64,000 nucleotides of DNA from NCBI GenBank assembly GCA_963697085.1, contig CAVOMR010000002.1:336070-400069 (forward strand). Reading direction: 5' to 3'. The notes under the pieces are model-generated. The model was not told the DNA's origin. It searched no databases and was given only the letters and a program-made list of their open reading frames with translations. Source of the stretch: Candidatus Dormiibacterota bacterium (lineage in GTDB: Bacteria > Chloroflexota > Dormibacteria > Aeolococcales > Aeolococcaceae). Numbering within the stretch: the stretch's first letter is position 1; each line of letters opens with the position of its first letter. A program made the position numbers and the translations under genes. This document shows positions 8,090 to 18,216 of the stretch, in pieces.

Positions 8090-10937
8090 CTAGTGTTTTG
8101 CGACGAAGACACCCCTGGAGGATGCGTTGCCCACCCTTGGCCTGCGCGGCGCTTCAATCGGACCGAACGTCGGCACCAGCTCCTGCCGGGAGCGGATCCC
8201 CAGCTTCCCGTAGACGTTGGCGAGGTGGTACTCGACGGTCTTGATGCTGACGACGAGCTCTTCTGCCACCTGACGATTGGTCCGGCCGGTGGCGACGAGA
8301 CGCGCGACGGAGATCTCCTGAGGCGTGAGCCGCCAGCGCGCCGCGTGCCCGGCGGCATTCGAGTCGGCGAGCCCGCACTGCGCGAGTGCCCGCAGGCACT
8401 CGGCGACGAAGGGCCGGGCCTCGAGCTCGCCGAAGCCCTCCCTCGCTGATTCCAGCTGCCACACCGCCGCCCGCGTGAAGCCCTCGCGAACGAGAAAGCG
8501 CCCGTACTCGAGCTCGGTGAGCGCGCGCTCGAACGGCAGGGTCATGTCGTCGAGGATGGCGAGGCTCGAGACGAAGGAGACCTCGGCATCGTCCGCATGG
8601 CCGAGCGCGGCGTCGAGCATGCCGCGAACCCGCTCCGCCCCGGCGAGCGACTGCGCCCGGCCACGCTCGCGCGCCAGGCGCGTGAACTGCGAGAGCACGA
8701 CCTCGGCGTCGCGGAGCCGGCCAAGGCCGACGAGCGCTCCCGCGTACAGGATCGGCCAGTCCAGGATCCCCGGCTCCCTGATGCCGTCGAGCTCGGCGAG
8801 CGGCAGGAGCGGATCGAATGCGCGGATGACCGCCTCGTGGTCGCCGCGAGCTCGAGCGACGAGGGCGCCCGCCACCGCGGCCTGCGCGATGCCCGCGAAC
8901 TCTGCCTTCATGACCTCGGCCGCCTGCAGGGCCGCCTGCACATGGGCGTCAGCGCTCTCCCATTCGCCGCGCCCGGCGATCGGCGCGCATGCCGCCGCGT
9001 GTGCTCTCGCCAGCAGCCAGGTCTGGTCGGCGTCCTCGCTCAGCGACGCCGCGAGCTGGCCGTGGATCGAGGCGTCGTCCCAGGCGCCCATCCGGTACTC
9101 CGCGATCGAGAGCGTCGTCAGCGCCTCGATCGCGTGGTGGGCCGGGCCGCGGATGCGGAACTGCTCCGCTGCGGGTCTCAGGTCCGCACAGGCTCCCACC
9201 GGATCGTCGATGACGCAGCGCACGTAACCCCGGCCGATGTAGCCGTCGAGCGACGCGTTCTCGTCGAGGACGTACGCCTCGGGGAGCTCGGCGACGGCCG
9301 CCGATGCCTCCGGCGCGCGGCCCGAGAAGAGCAGCCCGATGGCGAGCACCGAGAGCGAGTCGGAGACCGGCGACGGCGTGCGCCGCGGGTCGAGCGAGCG
9401 AGTGGCCCACAAGGCCGAACTCGGCGCCGTGACCGCGGCCCATGTGCGCGTGCGCGAGCTGTGCGGCGATCTCCTCGGCGAGGGGGTGATCGCGTTTCGG
9501 GTCGCATGCCGCGTACGCGGCGCCGAGCTGCTCCTGAGCCTTGTCGTAGCGGCCGGCGATCATCGAGAGGCTGCCCAGGACGAAGCCGCGGCGCGCGGTC
9601 GCGGCCTGACGCTCGATCTCTCCGACGAGGACGAGGGCGTCATCGACGGCACCGCCGAGGAGCATGTACTCGGCGGCCATCAGGAGGCGCAACTCGCGCT
9701 CCGGTCCGTCGTCGGTGAGGCGGCTGGCCGAGAGCATGGCGTCCGCCGCGGCGTCCCAGGCACCCCGGCGCGATTCCCCGATCCCGAAGAGCAGGAGATC
9801 GGCGGCGAGTTGCGGATCCGCGCCGCGGGCGGCGGCGACGCGATGGCGGAGGGCTGATGCCTCGTCGGTGACCAGCGCCGCGGCGCGCTCGTGCAGCTCC
9901 GCCCGGTGCGCCGGCCCGAGGGTGTGATACGCCGCGGCCTGGACCAGCGGGTGTGGGAAGGCGACCGCCCTGTCGGCGGGCGCGCCGCGCTCCTCGAGCA
10001 GCCGGGCAGTGATCGCCCGTTCCAGTGGCGCCAGCGTCTCGGCGAGCTCCGCAAGCCTCCCGGCCTGGGCCAGCCTGCAGGTGAGCCCGAGCACGGAGGC
10101 CGCTTCGACGAGTCGCTGCGCCTCGGGTGTGCACGCCTCGAGCCGCGCGCGCACGAGCGCACCGAAGTCGGCGGGCGATGGAAGCGGAAGATCCGAGGGC
10201 TCCCGAAGCACCTCGGGCATGATCTCGTCGAAAATGGCGGTGGCGTGGAGCGGGCTGCCGCCCGTGTGCGCCCGGACGCGATCGGCCGCGCAAGTCGAGA
10301 GGTGGTCGACGCCCATCGCCGCTCCCAGCTCCCGGATCGAGGCCGCGTCGAGCCCACGCACCCGAACCCACGCACCGTGGCCGTGCTCGACGAGGCGGTG
10401 GAAGCCCGCGAGGTGACCTCGCGGCGAGCCGCTGCGCGAGACCATGAGGGTCAGCACGCGGTCCGCCTGGAGGCGACGGAGCGCGAAGACGAGCGCCTGC
10501 AGCGACGGTCGATCGGCCCACTGCGCGTCATCGACGAGGAGCAGCACCGGCCCTGCGGACTGCATGGCGCCGAGCAGGTCGAGGAGCGCCGCGCCGACCC
10601 AGATCGGATCCCGGCCCTCGCCCTTCCCGCGGCCGAGGCCGGAGAGCGCGGGGTTCTCGGTCGACGGAGCGGCACGCACCAGCTGCTCGACGACCCCGAA
10701 GGGCAGCAGCTGCTCCGCCTCCTCGCCACTCGCCTCCCACACCTGGAACCCGTGTGCGCCGTGGAGGAACCTTCGAGCCAGCGCGGTCTTGCCGATGCCC
10801 GGCTCCCCGGTGAGGAGCACGACGCTCGGGCGGCCGGTCCGAACGCTCGCGGCCTGTGCGAGCAGCGTCGCGAGCTCGGTCTGCCGCCCGACGAACGTTC
10901 CCTCACCCGGACCGTTGTCGATGGTGTCCACTCTCAT
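8090..10937 (-). pseudogene. LAL-type (large ATP-binding LuxR) regulator split by a frame switch near 9400-9430
   Basis: ORF 8949..10937 gives the AAA N-terminus (VVLLTGEPGIGKTALA Walker A) and helical repeats. ORF 8090..9412, in another frame, continues the repeats and ends in a LuxR HTH (LTPQEISVARLVATGRTNRQVAEELVVSIKTVEYHLANVYGKLG). Beyond the junction each frame turns to junk. Confidence 0.7.
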
Positions 10938-11362
10938 GGGTGCACCAGAGTACTGCCGAGTGCGAACAGTTGCAGCGTGGCGCGCGAGCGGGCTGAGCTC
11001 TGGTTCGCTCTAGGGTCAGCGCAGCGCCGCTCGTCGGGGTGGCGTACGACAGCGTCCCGTTCGAAGGACGTGGTTGACGCGGTTGCCACCGGAGTCCGCG
11101 AGCAACATGGTGCCGCTGCTGTCGGTTGCGCCTCCCGCCGGGTACAGCGGTGCGACACCGCCGGCGTTGAACAGATCACCTTTGAGGCCGGTGTCGTGGC
11201 AACGGTCCGCGTGCCGGTCGCGGCGCGCTGCACCGTCGCGAGCGTCGCGAGACCTACGACCGCAGTGGCAGCGAGCGCTACGACGCCGCGCGGTCGCGGT
11301 CGCACATGTTGTCTCCGCGCGCCGACACTCGTGCGCCGAGACCCCTCGAACACCCCTGGCAC
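10934..11362 (-). pseudogene. Remnant of a small secreted NHL-repeat protein (at least 2 frame switches)
   Basis: One frame gives a signal-like N-terminus (RPRPRGVVALAATAVVGLATLATV). A second frame (ORF 11016..11372) gives GTMLLADSGGNRVNHV, an NHL-repeat-like motif. The first frame resumes with FERDAVV. Confidence 0.35.
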
Positions 11363-11432
11363 CCTCTCTCATGGAAGCATGGACAGTCGTACAAGAGAGT
11401 GCTGACCCAGCCGTGCACTCCCCCCTCTCCCC

Positions 11433-12686
11433 TCACATGATCTCCGGTTCCCGGACTCCAGACAGGACGGTCCCGACAAACGACTTCACGGCTTCGCTGA
11501 GCCCCACGTCGCGACCCGCTGCCTCCGAGAGATACCAGCGGTGGTCGAGCACCTGATGGAAGAGCTCCGCGGGCTCGAGCCTGCCGCGCAATGCCGTGGG
11601 GACGGCGGCGATCGTCGGCTCGAAGACCTCGACGAGCCATCGGCGGGCGGCGACGCTCTCCCTGACCGGACCTCCGGACGCGACCTCCAGCTCCGTGCGG
11701 TACCGGGCGAGGTCGCCGAGCAGTCGCCGGGCCTGGTTCTCCTGCACCTCGAGGCCGGTGAGCGCCTGCAGGGTCCGGACATGGTGGCCCGGCTCCACGA
11801 CGCGAGGCTGGAGGCGGAGGCGGTACTCGCCCTCCTGCGAGATGAGCTCCACCTCGTCGACGTCGAACCCCAGGGCGTTGAGGCGCTGCAACCGCTCCTC
11901 CACGCGGTAGCGCTGATCCGGCGCGAAGGCGACCTCCCGCGTGAGCTCCGACCAGAGCCCGTCGTACCGGCGGCGAAGCTCGGACGCCGCATCGAGCGGA
12001 TCCATGCCGTGTTCGAGACCCTCGGCGGTGACGTCCAGCAGCTCGCCGGCGATGTTCTCCTCGGCGACGAGGATGTCGTGGTTTCGCTGACCGTCGCTGA
12101 GCTGCGGATGCAGCTCGCCGGTCTCCGTGTCGACGACATACGCCGCGAGCGCACCGGCATCGCGGCGGAAGAGCGTGTTCGACAGCGAGCAGTCGCCCCA
12201 GAAGAAGCCCGCGACGTGGTTGCGGATCAGCAGGTTCACGAGCGCGTCGAGCAGGCGATCGCTGAGCGCGAGGTCGTCGCCCGTCGCCCCGAGAACGCGC
12301 CGGTACGGCAGCGAGAAGTCGAGATGGCGGGTGATCAACACCGCCTCGAGCTCGTCAGCAGCGATGCGCTCGCTGCCCCCGTGTCGATCGGTGACCAACC
12401 CGGCGACCTCGACCACCGGAATGAAGAGCCGATCGAGCTCCGCAAGGAGCCGGTACTCACGCTCCGCGAGGCGGCGCGGCAGCTCCTTGAGCGCGTAGAT
12501 GGCATCGCCGTAGCGCACGAACCGGACCACATGGCGCGAGATGCCACGCGGGACGTCGACGAGCCGCTCGTGCCGCCAGGCGGCGAGCGGGAGCTCCCAG
12601 GGGAGATCGAGGAAGTCTGGATGCCCGGTGCGCCGGCGCATCTGGAAGTCCACGGTCTGCGAGCTCACGGCATTGCACGATGCCAC
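11433..12686 (-). CDS. DUF4032 / protein-kinase-like fold protein (Kdo/RIO-like)
   Basis: 417 aa. Contains YALKELPRRLAEREYRLL and a catalytic-loop-like GDCSLSNTLF...VDTETGE. An alternative start is at M16 (12641). Confidence 0.65.
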   Translation of the reverse strand: MASCNAVSSQTVDFQMRRRTGHPDFLDLPWELPLAAWRHERLVDVPRGISRHVVRFVRYGDAIYALKELPRRLAEREYRLLAELDRLFIPVVEVAGLVTDRHGGSERIAADELEAVLITRHLDFSLPYRRVLGATGDDLALSDRLLDALVNLLIRNHVAGFFWGDCSLSNTLFRRDAGALAAYVVDTETGELHPQLSDGQRNHDILVAEENIAGELLDVTAEGLEHGMDPLDAASELRRRYDGLWSELTREVAFAPDQRYRVEERLQRLNALGFDVDEVELISQEGEYRLRLQPRVVEPGHHVRTLQALTGLEVQENQARRLLGDLARYRTELEVASGGPVRESVAARRWLVEVFEPTIAAVPTALRGRLEPAELFHQVLDHRWYLSEAAGRDVGLSEAVKSFVGTVLSGVREPEIM

Positions 12687-12720
12687 GTTCTCGACTCACC
12701 GGAGACGCCCTCTCGGCCGG

Positions 12721-15054
12721 TCAGGCGGCGGCGGAATGCCTCTGGCCGACCGCGGGCTCGAGGGCTGCAGCCAGCACCTCCTCCACGCGACTCGCGAGGT
12801 GGAAGGTCATCTGGTCGCGAACGCTCTCGGGGACGTCGTCGAGGTCCTTGCCGTTGCGCTGGGGCAGGATGACCTCTTTGAGCCCCATGCGATGCGCCGC
12901 GAGCACCTTCTGCTTGACGCCACCGATCGGCAGCACGAGTCCCTGCAGCGTGACCTCGCCGGTCATGCCGACGGTGCTCCGCACCGGACGCCCGGTGAGG
13001 AGGCTCACGATCGCGGTCGTCATGGTCACACCGGCGGACGGTCCGTCCTTGGGGACGGCGCCCTCGGGCACGTGGATGTGGAAACCCTTGGCGGCCTTTT
13101 CCGGATCGATCCCGAGCTCTGCCGCGTGCGAGCGCACGTAGGAGAGCGCGATCTGCGCCAACTCCTTCATCACGTCACCGAGCTGACCGGTGAGCGTGAG
13201 TGACCCCTGCTCTCCGACCGACGTCGCCTCGATGAAGAGCACATCGCCACCGATGCCCGTGACCGCAAGCCCGGTCGCGACACCGGCAACCGCGGTACGC
13301 TCGGCGACCTCGTTGTCAAAGCGAGTCCTGCCGAGGAACTTCGTCACCAGCTCCGGTGTTACCGCCACAGGTGGCTGCAACTCACCGGTCGCGAATGCGG
13401 TCGCCACCTTTCGAGCCATCTTGCCGATCTCGCGTTCGAGGTTGCGGACACCAGCCTCACGCGTGTATCCCGTGATGACCGTGTTGAGCGCGTCGTCGCC
13501 GACGGTGACCTCCTCGGGTCGCAGCCCGGCCTGGGTGACCTGCCGCGACAGCAGGTGATCGCGGGCGATCGCGAGCTTCTCGTCGAGCGTGTACCCGTCG
13601 AGCTTGATGAGCTCCATGCGGTCGAGCAACGGCGCCGGAATCGTCTCCCAGACGTTGGCGGTCGGGATGAACAGGACTTCCGAGAGGTCCAGGTCGACGT
13701 CGAGATAGTGGTCGCGGAAGGTGTTGTTCTGCGCCGGGTCGAGCACCTCGAGCAGTGCCGCCGACGGGTCGCCGCGCCAGTCGCTGCCGACCTTGTCGAT
13801 CTCGTCGAGCATGATCACCGGGTTCTTGGTGCCCGCCTCCTTGAGCGCGCGCACGATGCGTCCCGGCATGGCGCCGACGTAGGTGCGGCGGTGACCGCGA
13901 ATGTCGGCCTCATCGTGGATGCCGCCGAGCGACACGCGCGCGAACTTCCGTCCGAGCGCTCGCGCAACGGACTCACCGAGTGACGTCTTGCCGACACCGG
14001 GCGGTCCCACCAGCGTGATGATCGCTCCGGAACCGCGCCCGCCGAGCACGGAGAGCCCGCGCTCCTGACGGAGCTTGCGCACTGCGAGGAACTCGATGAT
14101 GCGCGACTTCACGTCGTCGAGTCCCGTGTGGTCCTCGTCGAGGATGCGACGCGCGTCCGTCAGGTCGTAGTTGTCCTCGGAGCGCACGTTCCACGGGATG
14201 TCGAGCATCCAGTCGAGGTACGTGCGGATCCAGCCGTGCTCCGGGTTCTGCTCGCCCGTCCGCTCCAGACGGCCGAGCTCGCGCTCCACCTCGGTGCGGA
14301 CCTTCTCGGGCATGCCCGACTCCTCGATGCGCTTCCGGTACGCGCCGACGACGTCGTCGCCGCCCTCACCGAGCTCCTTGCGGATCGCTTCGAGCTGCTG
14401 GCGCAGGAGGAACTCCCGCTGGGTCTTCTCCATCCCCTCGTTGACCTCGCTGCGGATCTTCTCCTTCAGCGACGCCTCGGCGAGGGTCGCGCGCATCCAG
14501 TCGATGAGCAGGCGCAGCCGCGCCTCGACATCGAGGGTCTCGAGAACGCGCACCTTCTGATCGATGCTGAGGTCGGGCGAGAAGCCGGCCAGGTCGGCAA
14601 GCTGCCCGGGCGTGCGGGCTGCCCGCAGGAACTGCACCACGCCGGGTGCGCCCCGGCTCTCGACCAGGTTCTCAAGGATTGCGCGGTATTCGCTGGCGAG
14701 GGCCTGCTCCTGCTCGGTGGGCTCGGGCTCGCTGATGGGCTCGGCCTGCACCCAGAGGGCGCCGCCGACGTCTGCCTGACCGCTGCCGAGCCGAGCGCGG
14801 TACTCACCTCGAACGATCGTCACCTCTGCCCCGCTGGGCAGCTTCCCGGACTCCTGGACGCTCGCCACGGTCCCGATCGAGCGGAACTGACCGTCGACGC
14901 GAGGGACGAGCAGAATCAGATGGCTCCCCTGGCGAGCCGCCTCGAGAGGCGCGCGTTGCTCCTCGGGGACACCGATGGGAACGGTCATGTGCGGGAGGAC
15001 GACCATGTCGTCCAGGGCGAGAACGGGCAGGAGTTGGGAGCTTGGCTCGGTCAT
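12721..15054 (-). CDS. lon: ATP-dependent Lon protease
   Basis: Internal ATG at 15054 (MTEPSSQLLPVLALDDMVVLPHM, Lon N-domain). Walker A GPPGVGKTS. Protease motif PKDGPSAGVTM. The upstream 65 codons of the ORF look like junk. Confidence 0.95.
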   Translation of the reverse strand: MTEPSSQLLPVLALDDMVVLPHMTVPIGVPEEQRAPLEAARQGSHLILLVPRVDGQFRSIGTVASVQESGKLPSGAEVTIVRGEYRARLGSGQADVGGALWVQAEPISEPEPTEQEQALASEYRAILENLVESRGAPGVVQFLRAARTPGQLADLAGFSPDLSIDQKVRVLETLDVEARLRLLIDWMRATLAEASLKEKIRSEVNEGMEKTQREFLLRQQLEAIRKELGEGGDDVVGAYRKRIEESGMPEKVRTEVERELGRLERTGEQNPEHGWIRTYLDWMLDIPWNVRSEDNYDLTDARRILDEDHTGLDDVKSRIIEFLAVRKLRQERGLSVLGGRGSGAIITLVGPPGVGKTSLGESVARALGRKFARVSLGGIHDEADIRGHRRTYVGAMPGRIVRALKEAGTKNPVIMLDEIDKVGSDWRGDPSAALLEVLDPAQNNTFRDHYLDVDLDLSEVLFIPTANVWETIPAPLLDRMELIKLDGYTLDEKLAIARDHLLSRQVTQAGLRPEEVTVGDDALNTVITGYTREAGVRNLEREIGKMARKVATAFATGELQPPVAVTPELVTKFLGRTRFDNEVAERTAVAGVATGLAVTGIGGDVLFIEATSVGEQGSLTLTGQLGDVMKELAQIALSYVRSHAAELGIDPEKAAKGFHIHVPEGAVPKDGPSAGVTMTTAIVSLLTGRPVRSTVGMTGEVTLQGLVLPIGGVKQKVLAAHRMGLKEVILPQRNGKDLDDVPESVRDQMTFHLASRVEEVLAAALEPAVGQRHSAAA

Positions 15055-15174
15055 GCGCAGTTCATACCCACGAACCCGGATGCCTACGCCTTCCCTAGTC
15101 CCTAGCGAGGCGGCACTCGGGGCCAGGCTCGAGGCCGGAGGGCTGTCCGTGCTCCCTGACCGTCCGCGTAACCC

Positions 15175-15555
15175 ATGATGGACCCCATGAGCGATCACCC
15201 TGAAGACCTGCCCTGGAACGACTCCCCCGCCGACTTTGACGCGCCCCACGGCAACGGGGACCCCGACCCCGCCGAAATCGTCGGAGACGAAGACGACCCG
15301 GCGCAGCTCGACCTCTCCCTCGATCCGCGGCTGCAGGACGTCGACGAGTACCGGCGCGAGACGCTCGACGAGCGCCTCAGCGAGGAGGAGCCGGACCGCG
15401 CAGCGCTGGCGGAGGAGCCCGAGGCGGGTCAGCTCCAGTCACCGGAATCAGGGGACGACGACATCAGCCTCCAGCGAGGCGAGCGGGATGCCTTCGATTC
15501 GGACGAGGACGACGGCCAGTCGGCCGAGGACGCCGCGGTCCACCTCGTGCGGTAG
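15175..15555 (+). CDS. Highly acidic hypothetical protein (DUF5709-like, from memory)
   Basis: 126 aa, very Asp/Glu-rich with non-random composition. Divergent from lon. Confidence 0.55.
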   Translation: MMDPMSDHPEDLPWNDSPADFDAPHGNGDPDPAEIVGDEDDPAQLDLSLDPRLQDVDEYRRETLDERLSEEEPDRAALAEEPEAGQLQSPESGDDDISLQRGERDAFDSDEDDGQSAEDAAVHLVR

Positions 15556-15578
15556 CGGCCGCCCCCTTCCAGAAGGAG

Positions 15579-15890
15579 ATGGAGAACCCCATGACCCAGA
15601 TTCCGGCAGAAGCGCCCCGATCGGAGGATGGTCAATGGTGGTGGGACGGGGCCACCTGGCAACCTGTTGACGCGTCGGCAGCCGCACCCGCGTCGGCGGG
15701 TGTTTCCTCAGGCGCAGGCAGCGCGACCTACAGCGGCGCGGTTGAGGTCACCGCGGGGGCGGGTCTCGGCATCGCCGACATCGACCTGAGCGTCAGCGAC
15801 ATCGCCGCGGTGCTCATCGCCGCCAACATCGACATCGGCAGCGGTGGCAACGACCCGTCAACACCGGACTCGAAAGCGGAGTACGCGTGA
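15579..15890 (+). CDS. Small protein with N-terminal 'DGQWWWDGxxWQP' module (DUF2510-like motif)
   Basis: 103 aa (or a start at ATG 15591). AAGGAG lies upstream. Motif IPAEAPRSEDGQWWWDGATWQPV, then an Ala/Gly/Ser-rich linker. The stop overlaps the next start (GTGATG at 15887..15892). Confidence 0.55.
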   Translation: MENPMTQIPAEAPRSEDGQWWWDGATWQPVDASAAAPASAGVSSGAGSATYSGAVEVTAGAGLGIADIDLSVSDIAAVLIAANIDIGSGGNDPSTPDSKAEYA

Positions 15891-16357
15891 TGGGCGACGA
15901 TCCGCACCTCGTGACCCAGTACATCGCACAGTCCGACCTCATCGGTCACACCTTCGTCTGGGACTATCAGTTCCAGCTCGCCGACTGCCACTTTCGAAGC
16001 TTCGGCAGCCGCCTCGGCACGACCGACGTGCTGAGCGATCCCGCGTTCGTCATGCAGCCACGCGACAGCCTGCAGCCGGGGCAGCTGGCCCTGCAGTGGA
16101 ACATCATCAATCAGACATGGCCGGCGATCGGCGGGTTCGTGGTGCAGACGATGGTGACAAGCGGTCTGCAGTGGAGCGACGCCCAGGGAAGCGCCGTCAC
16201 GCTGGAGCCGGGCTTCGACATCAGCAACACGCACTTCGACTGGATCCACGTCCAGGGTGGGGTCCAGTTCACCTTCACCGAGGGACCGGACGGCGGCCTT
16301 CGCGTGCAGACGCAGCTCCCGTTCTCCACCGCGGTCACGGTCGGCGCGCGTTTCTAG
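15887..16357 (+). CDS. Hypothetical protein (156 aa), coupled to the preceding gene
   Basis: ORF with balanced, Trp/Gln-rich composition. Start overlaps the upstream stop. No family recognised. Confidence 0.55.
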   Translation: MMGDDPHLVTQYIAQSDLIGHTFVWDYQFQLADCHFRSFGSRLGTTDVLSDPAFVMQPRDSLQPGQLALQWNIINQTWPAIGGFVVQTMVTSGLQWSDAQGSAVTLEPGFDISNTHFDWIHVQGGVQFTFTEGPDGGLRVQTQLPFSTAVTVGARF

Positions 16358-16451
16358 CGATGGCGGCGCCTGCCGATCGAGAGTCACCTGATCACGAGGT
16401 GTGGCCGCCGGGTATAGACTGCGCCCCGGCCGGCTACATGGAGGGTTTGCG

Positions 16452-17550
16452 ATGACGCTGACGATCCTGCTGATCGGAACTCGCAAGGGTTTGTTGATCG
16501 CGCGCAGCACCGACGCTCGCAGGACCTGGGCGACCGACGACTTTCAGTTCCGCAACCAGGAGGTCTACTCGGTTGCCGTCGACGTGCGCCGCGACACCCC
16601 GCGGATCTTTGCGGGCGTCGGAACCGGACATTGGGGGCCGCTCTTCACGTACTCGGACGACCTCGGTGCCACGTGGACTGAGCCCGAGCACCCGCCGATC
16701 GGATTCCCCGAGGGGACCGGTGGCGTCGTTGAGCGCGTGTGGCAGATTCGACCCGGCGCAGCGTCGCAGCGCGACGTCGTGTACGCCGGCGTCGAACCGC
16801 ATGCGCTCTTCAAGTCCGAGGACGGCGGCGAGAGCTTCTCGCTGGTTGAGGGACTCTGGAATCACCCACACCGATCCGAATGGACCCCGGGTGGAGGCGG
16901 CGCCTGCCTGCACACCATCCTCCCCCATCCCACGGATCCCGACGACCTGATCGTCGCGATGTCCGCCGCGGGGGTCTATCGCACTCGTGACGGCGGATCG
17001 ACGTGGGCGCCGGCGAATCGGGGTATTCAGGCGGCGTTCCTCCCCGAGGACCAGCGCTTTCCCGAATTCGGGCAGTGCGTCCACAAGGTGGCGTTCCACA
17101 ACGATCACCCGGATCGCCTCTTCGCCCAGAACCACTTCGGCGTGTACCGGAGTGACGATCGCGGGGATTCATGGATCCCGATCGAGGCGGGGCTGCCGAG
17201 CAACTTCGGCTTCGCGATGGTGGCCCATCCACACCAGCCGGACACGATCTACAACTTCCCGCTCCAGGCGGACGTCGAGCGCTTCCCACCCGACGCGAGA
17301 TGCAGGGTCTACCGCAGCGAGAACGCGGGCGACAGCTGGGAGCCGCTCTCCGAAGGACTCCCGAGCGACCCCTACTACGCCGCGGTCCTGCGCGACGCCA
17401 TGGTTGCGGACTCGTCAGACCCGGCCGGCGTGTATTTCGGAACGCGAACTCGGCGAGGTGTATGCGAGTCGCGACGAAGGCGAATCCTGGCGGATGGTCG
17501 CGAGCCACCTTCCCGACATCATGTCGGTGCGGGTCGCCGAGGTCGCGTGA
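16452..17550 (+). pseudogene. BNR/Asp-box (sialidase-like beta-propeller) protein with a +1 frame switch about 100 nt before its stop
   Basis: MTLTILLIGTRKG start at 16452. Asp-boxes SDDLGATW, SEDGGESF, TRDGGSTW, SDDRGDSW, SENAGDSW. The sixth box, SRDEGESW, and the stop (17548..17550) are in the frame of ORF 16987..17550. The switch lies at about 17438..17457. Confidence 0.7.
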
Positions 17551-17822
17551 GCTCTCGCCTCCTTCTCCCCGCTCCGCTGCGGCGATATGCGGGTGAGCAG
17601 GCGGAGGTCGAGATCTCCGGGGGCACGCTCGGCGCGGCGCTCGACGACCTGGCAGAGCGCCTGCCCCAGCTCGAGCGGAAGCTGCGTGACGAACGGGGCG
17701 AGCTCCGACCGCACGTGCTCATGTTCGTCGACGGAGTTGGTGTTCGTGGTGCAGACGGCCTCGAGACCCCGATGAGCGACGGCGCCGAGGTCTTCGTGGC
17801 TCCCGCCGTCTCAGGCGGCTAG
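17547..17822 (+). CDS. MoaD/ThiS-family ubiquitin-like protein ending in Gly-Gly
   Basis: GTG at 17547 makes a GTGA overlap with the ancestral stop of the BNR gene. 91 aa ending ...EVFVAPAVSGG. Typical MoaD-like length and C-terminus. Confidence 0.7.
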   Translation: MSSRLLLPAPLRRYAGEQAEVEISGGTLGAALDDLAERLPQLERKLRDERGELRPHVLMFVDGVGVRGADGLETPMSDGAEVFVAPAVSGG

Positions 17823-18216
17823 CGTCGCCCTACCGGGGCGCCGGCACTGAGTGCTGCGGTGCCCGGCCCGCGGTCACCTCGCGCTGGGAATCGAGCGCGG
17901 CGTCGAGACGCCAGCGAATGTCGGCTCGGCGCCGGGCATCGACGATGAGCTCGCACAACGCGCGGTGTGCGACGTGACGGTCGAGGTACGTTCGAACCGC
18001 CCGAGCTTCGGCGCGATCAGCGCGGTGTTGTTGCCACAGACGCCATAGCATCGGCGGGGTGCCTCGTACGCTCCCGTTGGGAGACGGAATATCTGGACAC
18101 CTCCGTTGTACACCCCGCGGACCGCTGTTGGCACACTCCCGTCAAAGTCGCCCATCCGGCTGACGGCCGTCTCGAGGACCTCTCGCGGGTCGAGCAGTCG
18201 ATATATGCTCGCGCCC

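Noticed and set aside
16401-17822. The 473-aa ORF as a genuine BNR-propeller::MoaD fusion protein.
   Set aside because: The 33-aa joining segment is Arg-rich junk. The +1 frame instead encodes a canonical sixth Asp-box (SRDEGESW) and a stop that overlaps the MoaD-like GTG. The ancestral state is therefore two coupled genes.
17830-18051. 73-aa minus-strand ORF between the MoaD-like gene and the methyltransferase.
   Set aside because: It is Arg-rich and has no RBS or motif. Overlapping alternative ORFs are of equal quality, so there is not enough support to call it.
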